From NCBI GenBank assembly GCA_902606065.1, contig CACLEX010000001.1:262-64261 (forward strand): DNA of 64,000 nt, given 5' to 3'. Below the pieces are notes generated by a model, which did no database searches, was not told the origin of the DNA, and saw nothing but the letters and a program-made list of their open reading frames with translations. Source of the stretch: an uncultured Pelagibacteraceae bacterium (lineage in GTDB: Bacteria; Pseudomonadota; Alphaproteobacteria; Pelagibacterales; Pelagibacteraceae). A program made the translations under genes and the position numbers. The number at the start of each line of letters is the position of its first letter. The stretch's first letter is position 1. This document shows positions 51,059 through 61,779 of this stretch, piece after piece.

Positions 51059-53142
51059 TTAAGAACATCTCTCTTCCCAACGTGATTTGCTTTACTCACT
51101 ATTCCCTCGGACTCCATCATATCAATTATTCTTGCAGCACGATTATATCCAATTTGAAGTTTTCTTTGTAAAAATGAAGTTGAAGCTTTTCCTTCTGTTT
51201 TAATTATTTCAATAGCAGTTTGATATAATTCATCTTTTTCACCTTGATTTTTTGATTCATTTAATTCTTTTTCATCAGCAAAATTAAGTATTTCATCGAC
51301 ATAATCAGGCTCTGCTTGAGATCTTAAAAAATTGTTAATTTTTTCTATTTCTGTGTCCGAGACAAATGGAGCATGAATTCTTACAATTCTATTTGCAGAT
51401 GACATATATAGCATATCACCTTTTCCTAACAATTGCTCAGCTCCTTGTTCGCCTAAAATTGTTCTACTATCTATTTTAGAGGTGACTTGAAAAGAAATTC
51501 GAGTTGGAAAATTTGCTTTGATGGTTCCTGTTATCACATCAACACTAGGTCTTTGAGTGGCCATAATAATATGAATACCAGCAGCCCTAGCCATTTGTGA
51601 CAATTTTTGAATATAATTTTCAATTTCTTTTCCTGCGACTAACATTAAATCAGACATCTCATCAACTACCACAACTATGTAGGGCATTGGAAGCTTATGC
51701 TTTAAATTGTAGCCATCAATATTTCTGACACCTTCTTTAGTCATCAGTCTATATCTGCTTTCCATCTCTTTAACCACCCAACCAAGAACAGAGGCAGCCT
51801 TTTTAGCCTCAGTAATGACAGGGCAAAGTAGATGTGGGATACCTTCATAAGTAGAAAGTTCTAACATCTTAGGATCAATTAAAATAAATTTACATCTTTC
51901 AGGAGTATGTTTGTAAAGAAGAGACAAAATAATTGTGTTGATACAAACAGATTTTCCAGATCCTGTAGTACCAGCAATAAGCAAATGAGGCATTGCAGAT
52001 AAGTCTCCGATTATTGGAGTGCCAGAAATATTTTTTCCTAGAGCAATAGGTAATTTGATTTCTTTTTTTTTAAAGTTTGAATTGTCTAGAATTTCACTGA
52101 GATATACATTCTCTCTATTTAAATTTGGAAGTTCTATACCTATGGTATTACTTCCTGGAATGGTTGCTATACGTGCTGATTCTGAGCTTGTATTTCTTGC
52201 AATATCATCAGATAGATTAATTATTTTAGAAACTTTGATACCCGCTGCAGGTTCAAACTCATTTAGAGTAACCACTGGGCCATGACTAACCTTTTTTATC
52301 TTTCCATTAACACCAAAATCTAAGAGAATTTTTTCTAAAAATTCTGGATTATTATTTTCATTTTTATTAAGACCTTCTCTTTCTTTTTTTGTTGGAGTTT
52401 TTAACAAATCAATTGAGGGGAGAGAAAATTTTGTTTTTGTAGACCTATTATTTTCAGCTTTAATAAATGGTAAATCTTCTTGTATTATATCTTTTATTTC
52501 ATCTTGAGGAATAAATTCGTTTATAATTTCATCTTTGTTCGTATAACTTTTAGAGTTTTTATTAAATAAATAATTTAATATTTTTTTAACATTCGAAATA
52601 AAATTTTTTAAATTAAAATTTATACTTAAAATGAAAAATAATAGAGTGAGTAGCAGAAGTAAATAATATGAAAAATCATCATATCTATTTAATAAATTAA
52701 TTAAAAAGTTTTCTGATAGATAATTTCCAACAAAACCACCACTACCATTAATATAAAGTGTAAAATTTTCTGAGTAAAATTTTGAAAAAAACAAAGATCC
52801 AAAGAATACATAAATTGTTACAAAAAAGGTGTTTTCAATGATGACTAAAATTCCTTTTTTTCTAAAAATGTTTAAACCTGTAAAGATGTAACTGATGGGT
52901 AATAAGTAACCTATTAAGCCTATAGATTGTAAAATAAAGTCTGAAGTAACACTCCCCTGATAACCTAAAACATTTTTTATAATAGTATTATCTGGGAAAA
53001 TAAAATTTGGGTCTTCTGGAGAGTATGAAATTAAGGCAATTAAAATTAAAAACCCCATTAAAAGAACACAAATACCAAAAATTTCAATTAATCTATTTGT
53101 AATGAATGTTAGAGCAGTGTTTGATAGTTTTTTTATATCCAT
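51055..53142 (-). CDS. ftsK: DNA translocase FtsK
   Basis: N-terminal TM domain, PHLLIAGTTGSGKS, ATQRPSVDVITG, gamma domain LQIGYNRAARI; likely start 53142. Confidence 0.97.
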   Translation of the reverse strand: MDIKKLSNTALTFITNRLIEIFGICVLLMGFLILIALISYSPEDPNFIFPDNTIIKNVLGYQGSVTSDFILQSIGLIGYLLPISYIFTGLNIFRKKGILVIIENTFFVTIYVFFGSLFFSKFYSENFTLYINGSGGFVGNYLSENFLINLLNRYDDFSYYLLLLLTLLFFILSINFNLKNFISNVKKILNYLFNKNSKSYTNKDEIINEFIPQDEIKDIIQEDLPFIKAENNRSTKTKFSLPSIDLLKTPTKKEREGLNKNENNNPEFLEKILLDFGVNGKIKKVSHGPVVTLNEFEPAAGIKVSKIINLSDDIARNTSSESARIATIPGSNTIGIELPNLNRENVYLSEILDNSNFKKKEIKLPIALGKNISGTPIIGDLSAMPHLLIAGTTGSGKSVCINTIILSLLYKHTPERCKFILIDPKMLELSTYEGIPHLLCPVITEAKKAASVLGWVVKEMESRYRLMTKEGVRNIDGYNLKHKLPMPYIVVVVDEMSDLMLVAGKEIENYIQKLSQMARAAGIHIIMATQRPSVDVITGTIKANFPTRISFQVTSKIDSRTILGEQGAEQLLGKGDMLYMSSANRIVRIHAPFVSDTEIEKINNFLRSQAEPDYVDEILNFADEKELNESKNQGEKDELYQTAIEIIKTEGKASTSFLQRKLQIGYNRAARIIDMMESEGIVSKANHVGKRDVLK

Positions 53143-53206
53143 ATTAAATGAATCAAATTTACCACTTTGTATCATCTAATTTTTATTGTTAAAATTAAAA
53201 ATTAAT

Positions 53207-54277
53207 ATGAAACTTTGTATTCTAGGTGGTGGATTAACTGGATTAAGTTTAGCAAAATCTTTGACTAAAAAAGGATTATCTATTGATATTTTTTTAAATA
53301 AAAAAAAATCAAATTTTAATAGGAGTCGAACCATTGGTATATCTAATGATAATCTGATGTTTTTTAATAAGGAAATATTAGATATCAAAAAATTATTTTG
53401 GAATATAAAAAAAATTGAAATTTACTCAGAAAACCTAAGAAATGAAAAAATTTTAAATTTTGAAAATAATAATAAAACTGTTTTTGCTATAATAAGAAAT
53501 TATCAATTGCAAAGTAAGTTACTTAAAAGTTTAAAAAAGGATAAGTTATGTAAATTTAAAAAAAATTTTGATTATAATCTCTCAAATTTGAAAAAATATA
53601 AGTTAATAATCAATTGTGAAAATGATAACTATTTTTCAAAGAAGTTTTTTGCAAGAAGTTTGAAAAAAAAATATGATAGTCTTGCGTACACTACAATTTT
53701 AAAACACAAAAAAATTCAGAATAATACAGCGTCTCAAATATTTACAAAAAATGGACCTTTGGCATTTTTACCATTATCAGAAATAGAAACTTCTATTGTT
53801 TATTCAATTAAAGGTAAAAAAAATATTAATTTTAAAGAATTAATTAAAAAATATAATACCAAATATTCAATTACAAATTTTGGTATTTGCAACTTTTTTG
53901 AGTTGAAAGCTTCGAATTTGAGATCTTATTATCATAAAAATATTCTGGCTTTTGGTGATGTATTACATCGCCTTCATCCTTTAGCCGGCCAGGGTTTCAA
54001 TATGACTTTAAGAGATATTCGAGATTTGGGTAATTTAATTGAACTAAAGTTAAAGAATGGATTAGAGATAGATAATTCAATTTGTGAAGAATTTCAAAAT
54101 ATGACTAAACATAAAAATTATCTTTTCTCTAGTGGAATTGATTTTGTATACGAATTTTTTAATTTTGAAAGCAAGATGAATAATAATATCCTTAGCAAAT
54201 CAGTGAGATTTATAGGAAGAAATAAATTCCTAAATAGATCTTTTAAAAATATAGCTAATAGAGGTTTTGAAATTTAG
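53207..54277 (+). CDS. UbiH/COQ6-family FAD-dependent monooxygenase
   Basis: GGGLTG, GPLAFLP, GDVLHRLHPLAGQGFNM; likely start 53207. Confidence 0.88.
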   Translation: MKLCILGGGLTGLSLAKSLTKKGLSIDIFLNKKKSNFNRSRTIGISNDNLMFFNKEILDIKKLFWNIKKIEIYSENLRNEKILNFENNNKTVFAIIRNYQLQSKLLKSLKKDKLCKFKKNFDYNLSNLKKYKLIINCENDNYFSKKFFARSLKKKYDSLAYTTILKHKKIQNNTASQIFTKNGPLAFLPLSEIETSIVYSIKGKKNINFKELIKKYNTKYSITNFGICNFFELKASNLRSYYHKNILAFGDVLHRLHPLAGQGFNMTLRDIRDLGNLIELKLKNGLEIDNSICEEFQNMTKHKNYLFSSGIDFVYEFFNFESKMNNNILSKSVRFIGRNKFLNRSFKNIANRGFEI

Positions 54278-54279
54278 TT

Positions 54280-54924
54280 TTATTGAACGGTTGTATTATT
54301 ATAATTGTCAAAAGAATATGTAGTTAAAATTTCTGAAATTTTAGTTTTTCTAAGCTCTAAATTTTTGGCCTCTAATAAGATTTGTTTTTCTTCTAGCGTG
54401 AAAGGAGATGCCATCGCTAGAGCGTTTATTGTTTCATCTAAACTTTGTTTCTCTAATCCTTTCCAATTAATAATAAATCCTCTTTTTTCAAAAAGATTTT
54501 TTAAGTCTTTAAATATCAATTTCAAATCAGAAAATTGTAGATTTTCACTTTGATAACTTAGATCATCATAAAAATTATTAAAATCTACATTGCATTCTCT
54601 GTATTTTTTATTTGATTTTACTTCATCTGTTTTTTTAAATCTGATTATACCCTTAAGTTCTATCAAAAATTGACCATTATCATTTTCTTTAAAGCTTGTA
54701 ATTTTGCCCATACACCCAATGTCATATAATTCAGGTTTAACTTCACTTTCTTTTGAATTTTTAGGTTGTATCATCCCAATAAGCTTGTTTGACTTCATAC
54801 TATCATTAATCATATCGACATATCTTGGCTCAAATATATTTAATGGAACAGTGGTTCTTGGAAAAATGATAAAGTTACTTAATGGAAAAACTGGTATTGT
54901 TTTTGGTAAATCTTCTTTTTTCAT
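54280..54924 (-). CDS. Lon peptidase substrate-binding (LON N-terminal) domain protein
   Basis: IPVFPL, PLNIFEPRY, IGCMGKI, PFTLEEKQILLEA. Confidence 0.9.
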   Translation of the reverse strand: MKKEDLPKTIPVFPLSNFIIFPRTTVPLNIFEPRYVDMINDSMKSNKLIGMIQPKNSKESEVKPELYDIGCMGKITSFKENDNGQFLIELKGIIRFKKTDEVKSNKKYRECNVDFNNFYDDLSYQSENLQFSDLKLIFKDLKNLFEKRGFIINWKGLEKQSLDETINALAMASPFTLEEKQILLEAKNLELRKTKISEILTTYSFDNYNNTTVQ

Positions 54925-54952
54925 GAAAAAAACATACCATAATTAATATTAC

Positions 54953-54981
54953 TTGAATTAAAAAAAACGACACACTATATT
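54953..54981 (+). promoter_or_regulatory. Putative sigma70 promoter of tRNA-Gly
   Basis: TTGAAT-N17-TATATT, 10 nt before the tRNA. Confidence 0.55.
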
Positions 54982-54991
54982 AATTTCTTTT

Positions 54992-55066
54992 GCGGGCGTA
55001 GCTCAGTGGTAGAGCGTCTCGTTGCCAACGAGAAGGTCGAGGGTTCGATCCCCTTTGCCCGCTCCA
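54992..55066 (+). tRNA. tRNA-Gly (GCC)
   Basis: Acceptor GCGGGCG/TGCCCGC, anticodon arm TCTCG-TTGCCAA-CGAGA, T-loop GGTTCGATCC, encoded CCA. Confidence 0.97.
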
Positions 55067-55111
55067 TTTTTAAGTTATATAACAAAAAATTTAATTAGAG
55101 GATGCAGATAA

Positions 55112-55447
55112 ATGAGTGAACTTTTCGAGAAAAAATGTGTTCCTTGTGAAGGTGGTGTACCCGCACTTGATATAAGTGAAATACATAAATATCAAAAAAA
55201 AATTGATGGATGGGATGTTATAAAAAATGAGAAAAATATATATTTTTTAGAAAAAAAATTTACATTTCAAAATTTTGTTGAGAGTCAAAAATTTGTTAAC
55301 GAAGTAGGTAGAATATCTGAGGAGGAAGGTCATCATCCTGAAATTTTATTTGGATGGGGTTATGCGAAAATAAACATCTCAACTCACGCAATTGAAGGAT
55401 TATCTGAAAACGATTTCATCTTAGCTTCAAAGATTGACAAGATTTAA
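55112..55447 (+). CDS. Pterin-4-alpha-carbinolamine dehydratase
   Basis: CVPCEGG, EGHHPE, THAIEGLSENDFILASKID. Confidence 0.93.
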   Translation: MSELFEKKCVPCEGGVPALDISEIHKYQKKIDGWDVIKNEKNIYFLEKKFTFQNFVESQKFVNEVGRISEEEGHHPEILFGWGYAKINISTHAIEGLSENDFILASKIDKI

Positions 55448-57000
55448 TGTCTAAAATGTCTTGTTTTAGAAAAAATTAAAATAGTATTAGTTTTATCCGC
55501 AAACTTTATAATCTCTTTATCTCTGATTGATCCTCCAGGTTGGATTACAGCAGAAACACCGGATTGAATTAATTTTTCAATACCATCAACAAATGGAAAA
55601 AAAGCATCAGATGCGGCAACAATTTCTTTTTCATTTTTTTTGAACTTTCTCATTTTATTTATTGCGATTTGACAGCTATCAAGCCTACTAGGTTGTCCAG
55701 ATCCGATACCAACTGTTGTTTTATCACCAACGAGTACAATAGCATTGGATTTAACATGACGTGAAATATTGAATGCAAATAATAAATTTTCAAATTGTAT
55801 TTTGTTTGGTTTTTTCTTTGAAACAACTTTGAAATCTTTTTTTTTAAAAACAAGATTATCTTGAGATTGAATTAACATTGAGCTTGATACAGAGTTAATT
55901 TGAAGAACATCATCAAAATTAAAGTTTGTTGAATCTATAATTCTAACATTTTTTTTAGATTTTAATAATTTAAGAGCGCTTGTTTCAAAACCATTAGCAA
56001 TAATTACTTCTAAAAAAGTTTTGTTTAACTCAATAGCTAAGCTTTTATTAATCTTAAAATTACAAGAGACAATACCTCCAAATGCGCTCACAGGATCACA
56101 TTCAAATGCAGATTTATAACTGCTTACTCTATCCTTTAGAATAGAAACTCCACAAGGGTTAGCATGTTTGATAATTACAGTGCCTATATTTTTTGGTAGA
56201 CTTTTGGATATCGTTAAAGCAGCAAAAATATCATTGTAATTGTTATAGCTTAATTGTTTTCCGTGAATTTTTCTTAATTTGAAATCTTTATTTTTAGAGT
56301 AAATAGCAGATATTTGGTGTGGATTTTCTCCATATCTTAATCTCTCAATTAAGTTTCCGTAAATAATTTTTTTCTCTGTAAAATTTTCACTTGTGACTGA
56401 ATTGAAGTAATCTGAAATTACGGAGTCATAATATGCTGTTTCATTAAAGGCTGATTGAGATAATTTTTTTCTAAATTCTAATTTTGTTGCACCCTTAAAT
56501 CTTTTTAACTGATGAATCAATTCTGAATACTGATTGATGGATGTTATTACTGCAACGTCATTGTAATTTTTTGCAGCACTCCTAACTAAGGCAGGACCAC
56601 CAATATCAATTTTTTCAATTATTTTATTGTGATTTTTTGTTGTGTTTAAAGTTTTTTCAAATGGATAAAAATTGACTATAACTAAATCAATATTTTGAAA
56701 ATTATTTTTTTTTATTTCTCTTTTGTGAGAATTATTATTTCTTTTATTCAAGATTCCCGCATGAATTTTTGGATGAAGTGTTTTAACACGTCCATCTAGA
56801 ATTTCATTAAAACCAGTATAATCAGAAACTTCAAGGCACCGATAGCCTAATTTTCTAATTGCCTTAAATGTACCCCCTGAACTAATCAGTTTAACATTAT
56901 ACCTGTTTAAAGTTTGTAATAATGGTTTTAAGTTTGATTTATCTGAAACAGAAATTACAGCTGATTTTATTCTTCTTACTATATTTTTTTTATTTGCCAT
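55444..57000 (-). CDS. purH: Bifunctional AICAR transformylase/IMP cyclohydrolase
   Basis: ISVSDK, GRVKTLHP, IDIGGP, LRYGENPHQ, KHANPCG, ASDAFFPF, RHFRH. Confidence 0.98.
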   Translation of the reverse strand: MANKKNIVRRIKSAVISVSDKSNLKPLLQTLNRYNVKLISSGGTFKAIRKLGYRCLEVSDYTGFNEILDGRVKTLHPKIHAGILNKRNNNSHKREIKKNNFQNIDLVIVNFYPFEKTLNTTKNHNKIIEKIDIGGPALVRSAAKNYNDVAVITSINQYSELIHQLKRFKGATKLEFRKKLSQSAFNETAYYDSVISDYFNSVTSENFTEKKIIYGNLIERLRYGENPHQISAIYSKNKDFKLRKIHGKQLSYNNYNDIFAALTISKSLPKNIGTVIIKHANPCGVSILKDRVSSYKSAFECDPVSAFGGIVSCNFKINKSLAIELNKTFLEVIIANGFETSALKLLKSKKNVRIIDSTNFNFDDVLQINSVSSSMLIQSQDNLVFKKKDFKVVSKKKPNKIQFENLLFAFNISRHVKSNAIVLVGDKTTVGIGSGQPSRLDSCQIAINKMRKFKKNEKEIVAASDAFFPFVDGIEKLIQSGVSAVIQPGGSIRDKEIIKFADKTNTILIFSKTRHFRH

Positions 57001-58586
57001 TTAATATCTTCAGTCTGGTTATTTGAAATTCCAGAAATAAATATATTTTGATTATCAATATATGAATTTTTATTACCGAAATATAAACCATTATCAATAT
57101 TTATATCATAATTATCACAAGTAAATTTCCAACCCTCATCCTCCAATTCAATTAATATGGATTTACCATCCTGAGTTTTCATTAATTTTACGTCTGGTTC
57201 TACATGAAATCGAATATCAAATTTATAATTTTTATTAATCTTTTTTAGAATTTTATCACAACCAACAAAAGTTTCTTCTCCAGGATAAAATTCTATATTT
57301 CTTTCGTGAATAGTATTATATTTTTTTTGGTATCCATCATGAGAAGCATTAATTTTCCAATAGTTTTTTTCAAAAATAGTTTCTCTTTTTGTAATTTTTA
57401 AACCACTGGTAACAAAAAAAGATTTATCACTATTTGTAAATTTGCAGGAGGAATTATCATCGATTACCAAGGTATTCTGAGCGGCAGTTGATCTTGATAA
57501 ATGATTTAGTTTTATATTTGTTTCACTATGATAGCCGCAATTGCTAATTAATTTTTTTCCATTAGAAATTATTTCAAAAGATAAAGCTCCAGATTGATAA
57601 TCTTTAGAAAAAAATGAATTTGGTGAAGGACCGGCATCCATAGTCAGACACATCTTTTTATTTCTCAAAATTATATATCCACCATAGTCTTGATTGTCAT
57701 TTTTAAATTTATAGCCTAGTCTTTGAAGATAATTATCAAAATTATTATTATCTGAAATGTTATTACCGTTGTAAAGAATATCACTTTTTAGATTTTGCCA
57801 AACAAAAGCGTAACCTTGTCCAAGGTAGTAAATTGTTTCATTGATATGTTCTGGAATATTAATTTGAGATTCTTTAAACCACTCTCTGATTAAAATATAA
57901 TATTTCAAATAAAATATTAATTGTTTAATACTTCTTGATTTTGGAAAACCAGAATTATCAAGAGTAATTTTAGATATATTTTTTAGTAAATTTAAACCAT
58001 ATGGCAAATACTTTTTTTCATCCTGATAACAAAGTCCAACTAATATAATAGATGCACAACCTATCAATTTATCTTCAACAAATTTTGATTTATTAGTCTC
58101 ATTAATGAGGTGATTGGTTTGTTTTTGTATCATAGTGTTGAAATCAATTTTATATTGTCCGTTACTATCTTCATAAGTAAGATTATGACTAGATAACCAA
58201 GCAATAATTCTTTTTGCAGTTAAATCGAAATTCCAGCTCTTTGCATTGTATTTATGATTTAAAGTCATCCAGTTTTTTATAACTGATTGGGTATTTTTTT
58301 TTGAAGATTTAAGATCTAAACTAAAAAGCCAATAAAAATTATTAAGTTTTCTTAAGTTTTTTTTGGTTATTTCTTTATTATCCCAAATTTCATTTAATGC
58401 AAAATCTTCAATCCTAAATTTTTTTTTTTGATATTTAATTAAGGATGAAAGTAAATGAGGACTAGGCTTATAAATCAAATTTTGATAATAAGTTTTTGAA
58501 ATTTTTTTATCGTACAGACTAGAATTTAAATATAATTCTCTTATTTTATCGAAAATATTAAAAAAAAACTGATTTATGTAAACCAT
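56979..58586 (-). CDS. Heparinase II/III family protein
   Basis: ALSFEI, ISNCG, RSTAAQNTL, ASHDGY, IRFH; rpe-heparinase-purH order. Confidence 0.8.
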   Translation of the reverse strand: MVYINQFFFNIFDKIRELYLNSSLYDKKISKTYYQNLIYKPSPHLLSSLIKYQKKKFRIEDFALNEIWDNKEITKKNLRKLNNFYWLFSLDLKSSKKNTQSVIKNWMTLNHKYNAKSWNFDLTAKRIIAWLSSHNLTYEDSNGQYKIDFNTMIQKQTNHLINETNKSKFVEDKLIGCASIILVGLCYQDEKKYLPYGLNLLKNISKITLDNSGFPKSRSIKQLIFYLKYYILIREWFKESQINIPEHINETIYYLGQGYAFVWQNLKSDILYNGNNISDNNNFDNYLQRLGYKFKNDNQDYGGYIILRNKKMCLTMDAGPSPNSFFSKDYQSGALSFEIISNGKKLISNCGYHSETNIKLNHLSRSTAAQNTLVIDDNSSCKFTNSDKSFFVTSGLKITKRETIFEKNYWKINASHDGYQKKYNTIHERNIEFYPGEETFVGCDKILKKINKNYKFDIRFHVEPDVKLMKTQDGKSILIELEDEGWKFTCDNYDINIDNGLYFGNKNSYIDNQNIFISGISNNQTEDIKWQIKKI

Positions 58587-58590
58587 GAAA

Positions 58591-59250
58591 TTATTTTGAT
58601 TTTAATAATTCAATATTCTTTTTTATATCTCCATTATTACTTTTAAAAATTGTTGTTCCAGAAACGAGTATATTTGCTCCTGCCTCTATTGCCTCTTTTG
58701 AATTGTCAAAATTAATACCTCCGTCAATTTCAATATCAAAATTGAGATTATGAGTTTTCTGTATTTCCTTAAGCTCTTTAATTTTTACTAAAACTTCTGG
58801 CATAAATTTTTGACCACCAAAACCTGGGTTAACACTCATTATTAAAACTAAGTCAATTTCGTTCAAGTGTTCTCTAATTACATTAACTTTAGTTTCAGGA
58901 TTTAAAGATACTCCGACCTTTTTATTTAACTGTTTTATCTTTGAAATTGATGAACTTAGATCGTCTGTAGCTTCTGGATGAATAGTAATAATATCTGCAC
59001 CTGCATCAGAATATGCATCGATATATTTGTGTACTGGAGAAATCATTAAATGGACATCAAATATCATTGATGATTGTTTTTTTAATGCTTTTATAACTGG
59101 AGGTCCGATGGTTAAATTTGGAACAAAATGCCCATCCATCACATCTACATGAATCATATCGGCCCCAGCGTCTTCCAAACGTTTTATTTCGTTTCCCAAT
59201 TGACTAAAATCAGCAGATAAGATTGACGGTGATATTTGTATTTTTTTCAT
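58591..59250 (-). CDS. rpe: Ribulose-phosphate 3-epimerase
   Basis: SPSILSADF, HVDVMDGHFVPN, MSVNPGFGGQ, IDGGI. Confidence 0.98.
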   Translation of the reverse strand: MKKIQISPSILSADFSQLGNEIKRLEDAGADMIHVDVMDGHFVPNLTIGPPVIKALKKQSSMIFDVHLMISPVHKYIDAYSDAGADIITIHPEATDDLSSSISKIKQLNKKVGVSLNPETKVNVIREHLNEIDLVLIMSVNPGFGGQKFMPEVLVKIKELKEIQKTHNLNFDIEIDGGINFDNSKEAIEAGANILVSGTTIFKSNNGDIKKNIELLKSK

Positions 59251-59277
59251 TGATAACTAAATTACTAGTACCAATTT

Positions 59278-59634
59278 TTAAAATTTAATTGAATTAAAAA
59301 ATTGATAAATTTGTCTAGAAATTTCACTTTCCAAAGGAAAAGATAACATTCCCATGACAGAATATCCCAAAATCCATGGCATTAAATAAAATCTTATCAT
59401 AAAGAAAAACCAAGCAACATATAGCGGAACTATCGGTTGAATAATAAATTCGGGTGTAATCGGTTTAAAAATACGTAGTAATGGATTGGTAAATTTTACG
59501 AATACTTTCATGAAAAAAAATTGAGAGTCTTCTTTTTGGAAAATATTCATTGCAACTCTACCAATTAATGTCCACATGATTACCCCAAGTATGTAATCAA
59601 TGATGTACACCATTGGGTGAAAATTAGCTGACAT
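59278..59634 (-). CDS. YggT-like membrane protein
   Basis: Hydrophobic helices flanking FTNPLLRIFKPITP. Confidence 0.6.
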   Translation of the reverse strand: MSANFHPMVYIIDYILGVIMWTLIGRVAMNIFQKEDSQFFFMKVFVKFTNPLLRIFKPITPEFIIQPIVPLYVAWFFFMIRFYLMPWILGYSVMGMLSFPLESEISRQIYQFFNSIKF

Positions 59635-59662
59635 TTAAGAATTTATATTGGAAAAAGACTTG

Positions 59663-59692
59663 AATTAAAAGGGGCGAAATTAATCGCCCCTT
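59663..59692 (-). terminator. Intrinsic terminator after the symporter gene
   Basis: AAGGGGCGA-AATTAA-TCGCCCCTT hairpin with TTTTAATT tail on the minus strand. Confidence 0.8.
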
Positions 59693-59703
59693 GAAATAAT
59701 TAT

Positions 59704-61518
59704 TTAGTGTTGTTTGCCAAGGATCGATTTACCTGATGGTATTCGAACCTCATCAACCATTTTCTGCGTTGCAGCATTTGGTGCTGAAGTCATTAGACTT
59801 ACAACAACCATAGCTACTAAGCTGACAGCTGAACCAAAGATACCAAATGTTAACTGTGTAATACCTAGGAATCCACTTCCACCTGTTCTTACCCAAACTA
59901 GGTAAGCAGCACCAGAAACTAATCCTAAGAACATACCAGCTATAGCACCTTCTTTGTTAGCTCTCTTCCACCATACACCGAGTACAAGTGGGAAGAATAA
60001 TCCTGACATCGCAAAGTCAAAAGCCCAGATGACTGAACCTAAGATACCTTGAATCTCAAGAGCCGCAATAGTTGCTCCAGCAAAACCAATTACTACAAGT
60101 AGTACCCTTGCAACAACTAGCCTCTTAGCAGTCTCAGCTTTTGGATCGATGATTTTATAATAAACATCGTGTGAGATTGCGTTTGCAATTGCTAGAATCA
60201 AACCATCAGCTGTTGACATGGCAGCAGCCATACCTCCAGCAGCAACTAGACCTGAGATTACGTATGGTAATCCAGCTATTTCCGGAGTTGCTAACACAAC
60301 GGCTTTACCACCCATGAAAAACTCATTTAATTCAAGAGTTCCATTACCGTTAAAGTCGCTTACAAACATTAAGTTTGCTTGGTTCCAGTTTTGATACCAA
60401 TCTATCGCTTGGACTTCTGTAATTGATTTACCAATAATACCTGTTGGTAATGCTGGATCAATCAATGACAACTTAGATAGTGTCGCTAACATTGGAGCAG
60501 AAGAATAAAGTAGGAAGATAAAGAATAAAGACCAACCTACTGATTTTCTAGCTGCTTTTACACTTGGAGTAGTGAAATATCTCATCATCACGTGAGGCAA
60601 TGAAGCTGTTCCCATCATCATCGCTAGTGCTAATGAAATAAACGCCCAAGGCGTTGCATTCACCGCTGAGTGAGCTTTAGTTATACCAGCCAAACCTTTT
60701 GGCACCTCTTTTAGATTTTCAGCAGAGTTTTTCACAAAACCAAACTGAGCTTCTAATTCAGCAATTCTTGATACTTCATCAGCTAACATAAAGTGTGGGA
60801 AGAAACCCGCACCCATTTTGTTACTGATCCAGAATACTGGTAATAAGTAAGCTATGATTAGTACAATATATTGCGCAACCTGTGTCCAAGTTACTCCTCT
60901 CATACCACCTAACATTGAACATAGTAAGATACTTACTAATCCAACATAAACTGCGTATTGGAATGGAATATCAAGTGCAACAGATGCAATAGTACCTGTA
61001 GCGTTAATTTGTGCAGTCACATAAGTAAATGATGCGACAGTTAAAACTACTACCGCCATGAATCTACTTAAATTACCACCATATCTTGTACCAATAAAAT
61101 CTGGAACTGTGTAACAACCAAATTTTCTTAAGTAAGGTGCTAATAAAGATGCAACTAATACATATCCACCAGTCCAACCTACAAGTAGTGCCATATATCC
61201 GTAACCTTTGAAGTAAATACCTCCTGCCATTGCAACGAATGATGCACCAGACATCCAGTCTGCTGCAGTTGCCATTCCGTTGAATACAGTTGGCACTTGT
61301 CTTCCAGCTACGTAATAAGCATCAGCTTGAGCTGTACGTGATAGATAACCGATTATAGCATAAATGGCTACTGTGAAAGCAACGAAACAAATTCCGATTG
61401 TTTTCGCAGTCATACCCATCTGCTCGGCAATTGACATAATGATTATGAAAGCTAAAAAACCACCTGTATAGATTCCATAAACCTTAGGTAAATTGTCTAT
61501 AAAATTACCTTTCATCAT
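59704..61518 (-). CDS. Sodium:solute symporter (ActP-like, probable acetate/monocarboxylate uptake)
   Basis: YYVAGR, NGMATAADWMSGASF, GGMRGVTWTQVAQY, GTASLPH, AAAMSTADG; next to DUF4212 and acs. Confidence 0.9.
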   Translation of the reverse strand: MMKGNFIDNLPKVYGIYTGGFLAFIIIMSIAEQMGMTAKTIGICFVAFTVAIYAIIGYLSRTAQADAYYVAGRQVPTVFNGMATAADWMSGASFVAMAGGIYFKGYGYMALLVGWTGGYVLVASLLAPYLRKFGCYTVPDFIGTRYGGNLSRFMAVVVLTVASFTYVTAQINATGTIASVALDIPFQYAVYVGLVSILLCSMLGGMRGVTWTQVAQYIVLIIAYLLPVFWISNKMGAGFFPHFMLADEVSRIAELEAQFGFVKNSAENLKEVPKGLAGITKAHSAVNATPWAFISLALAMMMGTASLPHVMMRYFTTPSVKAARKSVGWSLFFIFLLYSSAPMLATLSKLSLIDPALPTGIIGKSITEVQAIDWYQNWNQANLMFVSDFNGNGTLELNEFFMGGKAVVLATPEIAGLPYVISGLVAAGGMAAAMSTADGLILAIANAISHDVYYKIIDPKAETAKRLVVARVLLVVIGFAGATIAALEIQGILGSVIWAFDFAMSGLFFPLVLGVWWKRANKEGAIAGMFLGLVSGAAYLVWVRTGGSGFLGITQLTFGIFGSAVSLVAMVVVSLMTSAPNAATQKMVDEVRIPSGKSILGKQH

Positions 61519-61779
61519 TTAGTCATCCCCTCTTTCTGAGAAGCCGAACTCTTCATCAATTTTCTCCTGCCTGTTCGCAAACCAGAAAATTAGGATTACG
61601 AAAGCACCAAGAGAACCTTGACAAGTGAACCAATAAGTTAACGGATAACCAAATGGTCCCGTAACTTCATTCATTTCAGCCCCGAATAAGAAGATGCCAA
61701 TTGAGAATACAAACCAGATTGCTAGTGTCATGAATAGCAAACCTCTGGATTTTTCCCAGTGTTGTTCTTGTTTTGACAT
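61519..61779 (-). CDS. DUF4212 small symporter subunit
   Basis: 86 aa, two TM helices, GYPLTYWFTCQGS, IDEEFG; directly upstream of the symporter. Confidence 0.85.
   Translation of the reverse strand: MSKQEQHWEKSRGLLFMTLAIWFVFSIGIFLFGAEMNEVTGPFGYPLTYWFTCQGSLGAFVILIFWFANRQEKIDEEFGFSERGDD

Noticed and set aside
54992-55066. tRNA-Gly as an integration site
   Set aside because: No integrase and no duplicate of the tRNA 3' end seen; flanks are housekeeping genes
59704-61779. GC-richer symporter/DUF4212 block as a possible island
   Set aside because: Same high-expression, Gly/Ala-rich pattern; no integrase, flanking repeats or att sites
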